Made by a program: the position numbers and the translations under genes
The notes under the pieces: generated by a model
What the model was told of the DNA's origin: nothing
Database searches by the model: none
Seen by the model: only the letters and a program-made list of their open reading frames with translations
Assembly: GCA_947630945.1 (NCBI GenBank)
Contig: CANRJN010000001.1
Span: 1 to 57,939, forward strand
DNA length: 57,939 bases
Direction of reading: 5' to 3'
Origin: an uncultured Bacilli bacterium
GTDB taxonomy: Bacteria; Bacillota_I; Bacilli_A; RF39; UBA660
Shown here: one piece after another, positions 35,688 to 44,753 of the stretch
Position numbering within the stretch: position 1 is the first letter of the stretch
Layout: every line of letters begins with the position of its first letter

Positions 35688-36049
35688 CTAGAAATATATA
35701 AATTTCTTGTATATCCCTCCATATATTTATTATATTCTCTTATTATAGCATTAACGATACATCCTACAACATTAGTTTCACTTTTAGAAACTTTTAATGT
35801 TTTTAATGAATTTATTATTATATTTTTAAATTCTCTATCATCAAAATATCTTGCAACTGCTGTATCTAAATCTACTGCTTTTTTTAATTCTTCTTTAACT
35901 CTTGCATTAATTGTAAATATGTATCCTTGATATATTTGAATAATTTTACCACTCATATAATCAAATTCACTAAATTCTTCATTAATAATTCTATAATAAT
36001 TTTTACAATATTTTACAATTATCTTATTTTCAAGATATCTATTTTCCAT
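35678..36049 (-). CDS. Hypothetical protein
   Basis: 123 aa ORF, in an operon-like position between rseP and the HD gene. No recognisable motif. Confidence 0.5.
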   Translation of the reverse strand: MENRYLENKIIVKYCKNYYRIINEEFSEFDYMSGKIIQIYQGYIFTINARVKEELKKAVDLDTAVARYFDDREFKNIIINSLKTLKVSKSETNVVGCIVNAIIREYNKYMEGYTRNLYISRWI

Positions 36050-36053
36050 TATA

Positions 36054-37106
36054 TCACCAAAGCCTTAAAATGTCATTAAATGTTACATATATCATTAAAA
36101 TAATCATAGCACCAAAACCAACTAGATTTAATATTGCTTCTAATTTTTCTGGTGTTTTCTTACCCATAATCTTCTCTATAATTAATATAAATATTCTACC
36201 ACCATCAAATACAGGAATTGGTATTAAATTAACTATACCTACATTTATACTTAAATATGCTGTTAAATAAAGCAATACTTCTAATCCTTGATATTTAACT
36301 GTATCAACTAATGAATATATTCCAACAGGACCACTTAAACTATTTGCAGATACTTGACCTGTAAATAATGATCCTAATATTTTAAATATTGTTACTGTAT
36401 TATCCCAAGTTCCTACAAATGCATAACTTATCGCGTTTAAGAATCCTTTTTTGTATGTAGCACCACCATATTCAATTCCAAAACTTCTTACTTCTTCGTT
36501 ATCTTTTTCACTTACATCTGGTACTACATTATATTTTTTAACTTGTTTATTTGGTTTTTCTACTGTTATTTCATAATTATCTTTTAATTTTTTAGCAATT
36601 GCTTCTAATATAAAATCATCTAATGTAGAAATCTTTTTACCATTTATTTCAATTATTTTATCTCCACTTTCAAGACCAGCATTGTAAGCAGGACCACCCT
36701 CAACTACTGATTTTATAATTGGTTCTTCAACAGGTTTTCCATATAAAAGTCCACTAATAAAAAATAATACAATTGCTAAAATAAAGTTAAATACAATACC
36801 ATTAATTAATACCCAAAATGTTTTAAAAAATCCTTTGTTTTCTAGTATTCTATCTTTCTTTATTTTTTTATCTGGCATCTCTTTTTCTGCCATAGAAACA
36901 TATCCACCTATTGGTAATAATCTAAGTGAATAAGTAGTTTCACTTTTTTTAGGTTTATGTTTTAAAAGAAGTGGTCCCATACCAAGAGAAAACTCTTCTA
37001 CATATACTCCACTTTTTTTAGCAGCTATAAAGTGTCCAAATTCATGTATAGATATAATTAATCCTAAAATTATAAATAATATAAGTAATGTAATTATAAA
37101 GTTCAT
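36054..37106 (-). CDS. rseP: RIP site-2 metalloprotease RseP/RasP
   Basis: 350 aa. IHEFGHFIAAK (HExxH), central PDZ-like segment, NLIPIPVFDGGR motif. Confidence 0.9.
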   Translation of the reverse strand: MNFIITLLILFIILGLIISIHEFGHFIAAKKSGVYVEEFSLGMGPLLLKHKPKKSETTYSLRLLPIGGYVSMAEKEMPDKKIKKDRILENKGFFKTFWVLINGIVFNFILAIVLFFISGLLYGKPVEEPIIKSVVEGGPAYNAGLESGDKIIEINGKKISTLDDFILEAIAKKLKDNYEITVEKPNKQVKKYNVVPDVSEKDNEEVRSFGIEYGGATYKKGFLNAISYAFVGTWDNTVTIFKILGSLFTGQVSANSLSGPVGIYSLVDTVKYQGLEVLLYLTAYLSINVGIVNLIPIPVFDGGRIFILIIEKIMGKKTPEKLEAILNLVGFGAMIILMIYVTFNDILRLW

Positions 37107-37119
37107 TTATATTTGCCTC

Positions 37120-37914
37120 CTAGAAAAATGATACTAAATAAGAAAATGCAAGTATTGCAAATAACACACTATCAAGTCTATCTAATACTCCACCATGTCC
37201 TGGCATAATATTTCCATAATCTTTAACACCAAAATTTCTTTTAATTGCAGAAAATACTAAATCTCCAAATGCTGATATTAATGATAATGCAAGTGATATT
37301 ACAATTATTAAGAATAAATTTGCATAAGTATTAACAAATGTTACAAAGAATACACTTCCAAAGAATGTTCCAAAGAATAATCCTCCAATTAAACCTTCTA
37401 CTGTTTTATTTGGTGAAACTGATGGACATAATTTTATTTTTCCTATTCTAGTTCCAAAAAAATGTGCAAATGTATCAGACATTATTGTTATTATTACTAC
37501 ATATAATAAATATAATACATTCATATTTCTAATAATAATTAAGAAATTAAATGATGTTGCTAGTAACATAGTTATTGCAATTATAAATACTGCATCATTT
37601 ACACTATAATCTTTTCTCTTCATAACAAGTAATGGTAATAAACATACAAATAAATTTAATATATAAAGTCTATAATCAATATTAAAGTCACTACTATTAC
37701 TACATGATGATAAAACTATACAAAGATAAGATATAAATGTAAGAATTTTAACAAATGGATGTATTTTACTTTCTTTTTCATATACACTTATCATTTCATA
37801 GAATCCAATAATACTTAAAACCCCTACACCAAAATAATATGCATAACCACCTATTATAATTAATGGAATAACTATAATTAATGCTATGATTGCACTTATA
37901 ACTCTTTTTTTCAT
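37120..37914 (-). CDS. cdsA: Phosphatidate cytidylyltransferase
   Basis: 264 aa, polytopic. GDLVFSAIKRNFGVKDYGNIMPGHGGVLDRLDS is the CdsA signature. Confidence 0.9.
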   Translation of the reverse strand: MKKRVISAIIALIIVIPLIIIGGYAYYFGVGVLSIIGFYEMISVYEKESKIHPFVKILTFISYLCIVLSSCSNSSDFNIDYRLYILNLFVCLLPLLVMKRKDYSVNDAVFIIAITMLLATSFNFLIIIRNMNVLYLLYVVIITIMSDTFAHFFGTRIGKIKLCPSVSPNKTVEGLIGGLFFGTFFGSVFFVTFVNTYANLFLIIVISLALSLISAFGDLVFSAIKRNFGVKDYGNIMPGHGGVLDRLDSVLFAILAFSYLVSFF

Positions 37915-37974
37915 TAAATCACCTTTTTAATTATATCACTACATATGCTTTTTAACAAGAAATTATGATAAATG

Positions 37975-38000
37975 AAAAAGAGTATTGCCTACTCTTCGCA
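37975..38000. repeat. Direct repeat B (26 nt) bracketing the ATPase/Toprim cassette; also a terminator hairpin
   Basis: aaaaagagtattgcctactcttcgca versus 40066-40090 aaaaagagtatttctactcttcgca (1 mismatch plus 1 indel). Stem agagta/tactct. Confidence 0.8.
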
Positions 38001-38003
38001 TAA

Positions 38004-38807
38004 TTAATTTGTATTTCTAATAGTTATAATATTTAAATCCAATAATATAATTGATATTAATGATAACAAATTATAATAATTTTTATTATTATAAATATAT
38101 TCTTGTTTTTCAAAAATTTTCAAAGATGTAATTGAAAAATCATCTAAATTATATTCATTAATGCCTAAATTTATTAATGCTTTATTCATCATAGCAGTAG
38201 CTTTTAAAAGTTTATTCTTATCTATATCTTGTATTTTATAATTCTTATCTTTAATATAATTTTTTAAATTTTTTTCTTTTAAAAATAGAGTCTTATTATC
38301 AAAATTAGAAATAATATATGATTCTATGCATGGATAACTTAATAAAAGTAGTCCATTCATTTCTTCATTCTTATTTTCAAGTGAATTTCCAAATTTACTT
38401 AATAATTCTTTTGTAACTCCAACAGGGTTTGACTTATTATCTCTATCCCAAATGAAATACACATGAATATTTTTAATATCTATTCCATACTCAACATATA
38501 AGTATTTAAATAATTCATTAAGATAATCTTTATCTTTTTTTATAGATGATAAATTAGAATTTTTTGAGTTTATTACAATTATACTTGAATTTTCATTTCC
38601 TTTCATCACAAATTTATCATAACTTTTAAATATTTTTTGATTTCGACTTTTTTCAATATATTTATAATGTAAAATATTTACAAATATATGTTTTAATAAA
38701 TCAAACTCAAATTGCCCCTCTACAATTATTAAAACTGAACCAATATTTTTCTTTATATTAATCTTTAAAGATTTTATTGTATTTTGGCATTCCATCAAAT
38801 ACTCCAC
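38004..38807 (-). CDS. Toprim-like effector protein (DUF4435/DUF4276/RloB-like; AriB- or AbiLii-like), cassette 2
   Basis: 267 aa. VLIIVEGQFEFDLLKHIF, YFIWDRDNKSN and LLLSYPCIESYIISNF mirror the E / DxD / S-x-P-x-(F/I)-E pattern of the RloB proteins in this window. Overlaps the ATPase gene by 38-50 nt. Confidence 0.6.
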   Translation of the reverse strand: MEYLMECQNTIKSLKINIKKNIGSVLIIVEGQFEFDLLKHIFVNILHYKYIEKSRNQKIFKSYDKFVMKGNENSSIIVINSKNSNLSSIKKDKDYLNELFKYLYVEYGIDIKNIHVYFIWDRDNKSNPVGVTKELLSKFGNSLENKNEEMNGLLLLSYPCIESYIISNFDNKTLFLKEKNLKNYIKDKNYKIQDIDKNKLLKATAMMNKALINLGINEYNLDDFSITSLKIFEKQEYIYNNKNYYNLLSLISIILLDLNIITIRNTN

Positions 38808-39912
38808 TTAAATACATTTTTTCAGTATTTTGTGATTCTCTTGGCATTTCATCAGAAAATCTTTTTAATACTGAACCTTTTTTAGAATTAAAATAAACTG
38901 AATATATTTGATCCGGTCTTAATAAAGTATTATTTAATAAATTTGTTGAATGTGAAGCAAAAAACAATTGAGAATTTTTTGAATAATGAAAGAAATATTT
39001 AACTATACATTCTTCCAATTCATTATGAAATCCACTACTAAATTCATCTATAATTAACATACATTCATTTTTTATAGCATGTAAAAATGATGGTAATAAT
39101 TCCATTAATGTTATATTTCCAGTAGATTCAAATATTTCAGGAATATATATATTTGTACCTTGTTTATTAAAAGAAATAAATTTATTATTATCACTTGATT
39201 TTACATAAAATTCATCCTCTTTATTAGGAGTTTCTGTTCCATATTCAATTTTTTGCTTATAATTAATTTTATTTAAAAATTGATTTATTTCATCTACTGT
39301 ATTGTTATCTAAATATTCATGTATTAATAAATCATTTCCAGTATAAGTAACTATATCTCTAAAATAACAATTTATAAAAACTGATTTTTTCAAATATTCA
39401 AACCATTTAATTAAAGTTTTATTTTCATAAAAATTAGTATCAAAATATATTCTACGTAAAAACAATAATTTATTTGAAATTTCATTTACTATTTTTTCTT
39501 CATTTAAAGTAAATTTACCAGTATTTCCTAATCTTTCTAATATAATTTCATTATCAAATATTAATTTTTCTGAAATTATTTCTTTAAGACTTAACTCAAT
39601 TGAATATATAATCTCCTTATCTTCTTCAATAAAAGTATATTCAAGTTTGTAATTATCTTTTTTAGTATAAAAACAACTATTAACCATATAATCAATATCA
39701 CTATTTCCAAATAATAAATCTAACAACAATTTAATACTTTCTAATATTTTTGTTTTTCCAGAAGCATTCTCTCCAACAAATAAACAGCCTTTAAGTATTC
39801 TGCTATTTCCAACATTTTCATTTTCTAGAAATTTATAATTTGTAGCTGAAAAATCTATTTCCGTAGGTTGCATAAATGTAGTGTAATTATCTAATTTTAT
39901 TTTTTTTAACAT
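38758..39912 (-). CDS. ABC/AAA_21-type ATPase (AriA/AbiLi-like), cassette 2
   Basis: 384 aa. Walker A FVGENASGKTK, Walker B MLIIDEFSSGFHN, C-terminal LLRPDQIYSVYFN...YLSGVFDGMPK, parallel to the other two ATPases. Confidence 0.75.
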   Translation of the reverse strand: MLKKIKLDNYTTFMQPTEIDFSATNYKFLENENVGNSRILKGCLFVGENASGKTKILESIKLLLDLLFGNSDIDYMVNSCFYTKKDNYKLEYTFIEEDKEIIYSIELSLKEIISEKLIFDNEIILERLGNTGKFTLNEEKIVNEISNKLLFLRRIYFDTNFYENKTLIKWFEYLKKSVFINCYFRDIVTYTGNDLLIHEYLDNNTVDEINQFLNKINYKQKIEYGTETPNKEDEFYVKSSDNNKFISFNKQGTNIYIPEIFESTGNITLMELLPSFLHAIKNECMLIIDEFSSGFHNELEECIVKYFFHYSKNSQLFFASHSTNLLNNTLLRPDQIYSVYFNSKKGSVLKRFSDEMPRESQNTEKMYLSGVFDGMPKYNKIFKD

Positions 39913-40065
39913 ACTATAAATCCTTTCTTATTTTTATTATATGACAAATGTAAAAAAATTACAACTTCTTTTAAATAAATGTATTTTTTTTACATATTAT
40001 ACTATAAATTAATCATTTGTCAATATGATTTAAATATTTAATATAAATAATTAAATAAATTTATT

Positions 40066-40090
40066 AAAAAGAGTATTTCTACTCTTCGCA
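40066..40090. repeat. Direct repeat A (25 nt); overlaps the last codons, stop and terminator of the 236-aa gene
   Basis: aaaaagagtatttctactcttcgca. On the minus strand it reads tgc gaa gag tag (C-E-E-stop) followed by the hairpin and T5. Confidence 0.8.
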
Positions 40091-40789
40091 CAACTCTTCA
40101 ATATTATCTTCATAAGATAGTGTTGAATTTTTATAATTTTCACACCAATTTTTATCCATTTTTATTTGTTCAAATTCCAAACATTCATTTCCATCATATT
40201 TTGCTTTACTAATAGTTCCTTTATTTTTAGAAATACAATAATAATTAGTAGTATCACTTTCATCATACATCCAATCATAATTATCTTCTACTTCTTTAAA
40301 TTCTGGAAATACAACTATTTTATAATCATCTACTTCTAATTCTTTATTATCTTTAACAACTACTTTATATTTATTAATTTCATAGTCATACGCAACATGT
40401 ATAGCATTTTCTAATTGCGTATCACTATTTATATTTTCTACCATTTCACTTGTATAAATTCCTGTATTTGTAAGTAATTGTAAATCTTTCTTAGATATTT
40501 TTATTCCAGCATTATTTGTATAATAACCATCTTTATATTCATAATTTTTATTACATATTGCATCTTTATCACTATAACTACCTACTGTATAAGTTTTATT
40601 AACTTTACAATACCACATTCTATAAAACATACCATTATATACAATTAAATCACTATTTAATTCTTTTTTAAGTGCTATTTTAGGATTAGTATTCTTAGTT
40701 TTAGCAATATAATAATCTATATAACACCCAGCACCTAAAATCACAAATATACCAATTAAAATTAATATAATTTTTACTACTTTTTTCAT
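40079..40789 (-). CDS. Secreted/membrane-anchored Cys-containing protein, unknown function
   Basis: 236 aa. N-terminal hydrophobic signal/anchor (ILILIGIFVILGAGC, imperfect lipobox). No recognisable catalytic motif. Confidence 0.55.
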   Translation of the reverse strand: MKKVVKIILILIGIFVILGAGCYIDYYIAKTKNTNPKIALKKELNSDLIVYNGMFYRMWYCKVNKTYTVGSYSDKDAICNKNYEYKDGYYTNNAGIKISKKDLQLLTNTGIYTSEMVENINSDTQLENAIHVAYDYEINKYKVVVKDNKELEVDDYKIVVFPEFKEVEDNYDWMYDESDTTNYYCISKNKGTISKAKYDGNECLEFEQIKMDKNWCENYKNSTLSYEDNIEELCEE

Positions 40790-40883
40790 ATTTACTACTT
40801 TCTACTATTTAACAAAAATAGTAATTTTATTATATTATTTATTTTAATAAATGTAAACTATCTTTTAAAATATTATGATAACA

Positions 40884-40952
40884 CATTTTACATTTTGAGA
40901 AAAAATCATTTTACATTTTGAGAAAAAATTGTTTTACACTTTGAGAAAATTT
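40884..40952. repeat. Three tandem 23-bp direct repeats in a divergent intergenic region
   Basis: cattttacattttgagaaaaaat occurs twice exactly (40884-40906, 40907-40929), followed by a degenerate third unit tgttttacactttgagaaaattt. Confidence 0.85.
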
Positions 40953-41029
40953 TTTATTACTTTTTTATATAAAAATAATATACTTTTAAAAATATTTTAA
41001 ATGTTTTATAATACATAAGAGGTGTTTTT

Positions 41030-41638
41030 ATGAAAAAGATATTTATAATATTGTTATTAGTATTATCAATAACTAATATTAAAGCATATGAAAATGATTA
41101 TTTTAAGATAGATATTCCAAGTGATTTTAAAAAAGAACAAGTTGAAGATAACATATATAAATGGACAAATAATAACAAATATATTGCTATTACTATTGCA
41201 GATAATTCTAATTTAAAATATGATATATCATCTTATACTGATACTGATATAGAAAAACAAAAAGAATATTTAATGAAAAATTTAAATACAGGACTTGAAG
41301 ACTATAAAGTTAATGTAGAAGTACCATATATTAAAAAAATAGATTTAAATGATAAAACTATTTTAAGATATAGTTTATATTATCCAACAAAAGAATCAAC
41401 AGGATATGATATATATCAAATTGGAAATGTATTTACTACTAAGAATTACATAATTACTATTATTTATAGTAGTGATAATGAAATAAATGATAGTGAATAC
41501 TCATTTATAAATAATTTTGAAATTAAAGATGATAAAGTAATTAGTATTGATAGAATTAAATATATTTATTATATTGTAGCAATTGGAATAATATTAGGTG
41601 TTATTGGATATATTTTATCACTTAAAAAACGCAAATAA
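41030..41638 (+). CDS. Exported protein with C-terminal TM anchor, unknown function
   Basis: 202 aa. Signal peptide MKKIFIILLLVLSITNIKA and C-terminal helix IVAIGIILGVIGYILSLKKRK. GAGGTG Shine-Dalgarno upstream. Confidence 0.6.
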   Translation: MKKIFIILLLVLSITNIKAYENDYFKIDIPSDFKKEQVEDNIYKWTNNNKYIAITIADNSNLKYDISSYTDTDIEKQKEYLMKNLNTGLEDYKVNVEVPYIKKIDLNDKTILRYSLYYPTKESTGYDIYQIGNVFTTKNYIITIIYSSDNEINDSEYSFINNFEIKDDKVISIDRIKYIYYIVAIGIILGVIGYILSLKKRK

Positions 41639-41648
41639 ATTGCGTTTT
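41626..41648. terminator. Bidirectional terminator hairpin between convergent genes
   Basis: aaaacgcaa-ataaa-ttgcgtttt. It spans the stop of 41030..41638 and touches the stop of the sigma gene. Confidence 0.55.
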
Positions 41649-42294
41649 AGTTTGTTATATTATCTTTAATTTTACTTAATATTAATTTTTCTTGTCTTGA
41701 TACTTTTGCTTGTGAAAGTCCCATAACACTAGCAGTCTCCATTTGTGATAATCCTTGATAGTATCTATAATCAATAAGTTTTTGAGACATATTATCTAAC
41801 ATTTCAAGTTCACTTTTTAATAATATTTCATTATCTACATCTTCTCTTTCATCAAAACTAAAATCATTATAAATTGTTTCATCATCATTTATACTTTTAG
41901 CAAATGATACACTTTCTATTATATTTAGCATTGATTTTTCATCTATATCCATATATTTACATACTTCACTAAAAGTTACTTCTCTTTCATATTTAGTATA
42001 TAACATATCTTTTATTTTAGTATATTTTCTATAAATATCATAAACTTCATCACTAACTATAATATTTTTATCTTTTTTTAGAAAATCAATCATTTCACCT
42101 TTTATTGATTTATATGCATAAGTAGAAAATTTACAATTAGACTTACTTTCATCATATAATTCATCTGCTTTTATTACTCCAATACATCCTGCTTGACATA
42201 AATCATCAAAATTAGAATAATTTTTATATTGATTTGCTAATTTATAAATTAAACCTTCACTCTCTAAAATTCTTTGATATTGTAAATTGCTCAT
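41647..42294 (-). CDS. Sigma-70 family alternative sigma factor (group 3, SigF/SigB-like size)
   Basis: 215 aa. Region 2 FDDLCQAGCIGVIKA...FSTYAYKSIKGEMIDFLK and region 4 HTH GLSQMETASVMGLSQAKVSRQEK. ATGA overlap with the STAS gene. Confidence 0.8.
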   Translation of the reverse strand: MSNLQYQRILESEGLIYKLANQYKNYSNFDDLCQAGCIGVIKADELYDESKSNCKFSTYAYKSIKGEMIDFLKKDKNIIVSDEVYDIYRKYTKIKDMLYTKYEREVTFSEVCKYMDIDEKSMLNIIESVSFAKSINDDETIYNDFSFDEREDVDNEILLKSELEMLDNMSQKLIDYRYYQGLSQMETASVMGLSQAKVSRQEKLILSKIKDNITN

Positions 42295-42632
42295 AATTTA
42301 AACACTCCTATACTTGATTTTTCATCTTTTGATTTATAACAATAATCAAATACATCACTATGCTTAAAATTATCTTTTAAATAATTATTAAGTTCACATA
42401 AAACTACTTTTCCTTTAAATCTATTAACTATATTAGATACTTTTATTAAAGAATTAATACCTCTTTTATCTATTAAATCTACATCTTTTAGATTAATAGT
42501 TACATATTTTGCATTTAGTCCTAGTATTATAGGAATAACTTCTGATTCAAATTTTTGTATTTTATTTCCTACTAGAACTCCATTTACTTTAATATAAAGT
42601 ATATCTTTTTTATAATCAATATCTGTTTTCAT
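42291..42632 (-). CDS. STAS-domain protein (anti-sigma-factor antagonist fold) lacking the phosphorylatable Ser
   Basis: 113 aa. INLKDVDLIDKRGINSLI aligns to the SpoIIAA/RsbV D-S-S-G segment, but here it reads D-K-R-G. Confidence 0.65.
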   Translation of the reverse strand: MKTDIDYKKDILYIKVNGVLVGNKIQKFESEVIPIILGLNAKYVTINLKDVDLIDKRGINSLIKVSNIVNRFKGKVVLCELNNYLKDNFKHSDVFDYCYKSKDEKSSIGVFKL

Positions 42633-42662
42633 AAGAGTATATTACAATATTTTTATAAGTTT

Positions 42663-43856
42663 TTAAATCAATTCGACAAAACTAGATTTATTATTCAACT
42701 TTAATTTTATTTTTTTAATATTTTTCTTTATTATTAGAACTATAATTGTAATTAATAATATTATTGATATAGTAAGTAATATAAAATAGTAATAAATATT
42801 ATCTAATGTTTTAGGATTATTTATTTTTTTAGGTACTTCTTTTGGTGTTTCTTCTGGAATTTCTGGCGGAGTATCTTCTGGTGTTTCTGGTGGTGTTTCT
42901 GGTACCTCTTCTTTTTTATATTTTTTAACTATACAATATTTTTTTATACAATAGTGTTCTGGATCTGTAACTATATTACCACTATCATCAAATACTAATT
43001 CATCATTTGTTATGTATCTATAAAATGTCTTTTCACTTGAATCTAATCTAGTATAAGTTTTATCATTATAATCTTTATAATATTTATCAGTTAATTTTCT
43101 TTCTATATTATATGTTTTATATAATTTATCTGTATAAGTATAAAATGTTTGACTTTTAACTAAATTAGGATTTAATTTTGATGGATTAATTTCCATAATA
43201 CAATTTTGTACTTCAAATGAATTATTATATATAGAATATTCATCTTTTGATAAATAATTAAATGTAAATGTATTATCATTTTCACAATTACATTTATAAT
43301 AAAGTTTAACTAACAAATTATTAACATTTTGATTATTTTTAAATTTAATATTAATATTTTCTTTATTTTCTATATATTCATCATAATTTTTATCAACTAA
43401 TTTTGAAAATTTTTCATCAATAATTAATTCTAATTTTTCTTGATTAGTATTATTAATAACTTCTATTTCAGATAATAATACTTTATCTTTAAAATTAATA
43501 TTATTAATTGTTAAACCATAAATATCATTTTCAGTATACTTAGTATTTCTTACTTTTTTATTAATTACTCTATCAATAAAATGTTCTGGCTCTATTAATG
43601 ATTCTTCACTTTCCTTAGTAACTTTAAAATCATTATAATCAACTAATTTATTATTAAAGTCTTCTTTTTTTAAATATTCAATATTAGATTCAATATCTTT
43701 ATACCACAAATATCTTTTTTCACTTTCAATTAAATTACTATCAATTCCTTTTGGATATTCACTTGACCACTCACTATAAGTAAGTTCATAAGCATAAACT
43801 TTAACAATACAAACAAATAAAATTAATGATAATATAACCTTTAAAATATTTTTCAT
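42663..43856 (-). CDS. Cell-wall-sorted surface protein with Pro/Glu/Thr linker and NPKTLD sorting signal
   Basis: Start set to MKNILKV (ATG 43856, GGAGG 6 nt upstream). Signal peptide present. PETPPETPEDTPPEIPEETPKEVP linker. C-terminus is NPKTLD, a hydrophobic helix, then KKNIKK, which is a classic sorting-signal layout. Confidence 0.7.
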   Translation of the reverse strand: MKNILKVILSLILFVCIVKVYAYELTYSEWSSEYPKGIDSNLIESEKRYLWYKDIESNIEYLKKEDFNNKLVDYNDFKVTKESEESLIEPEHFIDRVINKKVRNTKYTENDIYGLTINNINFKDKVLLSEIEVINNTNQEKLELIIDEKFSKLVDKNYDEYIENKENINIKFKNNQNVNNLLVKLYYKCNCENDNTFTFNYLSKDEYSIYNNSFEVQNCIMEINPSKLNPNLVKSQTFYTYTDKLYKTYNIERKLTDKYYKDYNDKTYTRLDSSEKTFYRYITNDELVFDDSGNIVTDPEHYCIKKYCIVKKYKKEEVPETPPETPEDTPPEIPEETPKEVPKKINNPKTLDNIYYYFILLTISIILLITIIVLIIKKNIKKIKLKLNNKSSFVELI

Positions 43857-43931
43857 TTTTACCTCCTCTACTATATAATTAGCCATGAGTGAGGTAAAAC
43901 ACTACTTTTTTTGAAAAATTTTTTAATTTTT

Positions 43932-44690
43932 TTATTTTATTCTTTTTCCAACTATTACAAGTCTTCCATTAGTTTGAGTATAATCACATGTTGAAAGTGT
44001 TATTAATTCATCTGGATAACTTGCAGATTCATCTATTTTATAAAGTGAATTTTCTTTTATAAAATCTATATATTCATTATATTCTTCTTCATTTTTTGCA
44101 TTATAAAATTTATAATATTTATATTCATCATCAATAACAGTATATATTTTTGATAAAAATACCGCGATAATTTGATATTCTTGTTTTTCATCTAATGTAT
44201 AAAAAGTAAATTTACTATGTTCTTTATAATAACTTTCTTTTTTATATCTTGGAAGTAAACCAAACATAGTACCATTTTTCATATTATGTCCATGTATTAT
44301 TAAATTAATATCCCTAGGATTTACTTTATTATTTTTATCTATATATAAAGAACCTGCTTTATAATAATTTTTATAAAAATCTTTATATAAGTAAAAGTCT
44401 TCATTATCTGTATGCATTACAGGATAACTAGTAGCAGTTCCATCTATTGAAAGCCATCCTACTAAATCATTATTTTCTTTATATAAGTTATTTATTTCTA
44501 TTAATTTATTACTTGTATCTACTGTTTCTTTTAAATCTAGTTCTTTTACATTATCTATTATTTTATCTACTTTATTATCAGTTATTAATGGTTGATGATA
44601 GTCTCTTTTATTATATATAATATAAGATATTAATAATATTATAGAAATAATAAATAGTGTAAAAGATATTATAAATTTTTTATTTTTCAT
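43932..44690 (-). CDS. srtB: Class B sortase
   Basis: 252 aa from ATG 44690 (the ORF track uses GTG at 44699). N-terminal anchor, IIHGHNM (His), TLSTCDY (TLxTC Cys) and a C-terminal GRLVIVGKR (Arg) block. Confidence 0.85.
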   Translation of the reverse strand: MKNKKFIISFTLFIISIILLISYIIYNKRDYHQPLITDNKVDKIIDNVKELDLKETVDTSNKLIEINNLYKENNDLVGWLSIDGTATSYPVMHTDNEDFYLYKDFYKNYYKAGSLYIDKNNKVNPRDINLIIHGHNMKNGTMFGLLPRYKKESYYKEHSKFTFYTLDEKQEYQIIAVFLSKIYTVIDDEYKYYKFYNAKNEEEYNEYIDFIKENSLYKIDESASYPDELITLSTCDYTQTNGRLVIVGKRIK

Positions 44691-44753
44691 ACTTATCACC
44701 CTTTTTAATTAATAAAATAGGAATTTATAAAAAACTCCTATTTTATTAAAATA

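Noticed and set aside
36070-36270. 66-aa plus-strand ORF
   Set aside because: Antisense within rseP.
40884-40952. Possible CRISPR-like array
   Set aside because: Only three directly abutting 23-bp units with no spacers, and no cas genes in the window. It is reported instead as a regulatory tandem repeat.
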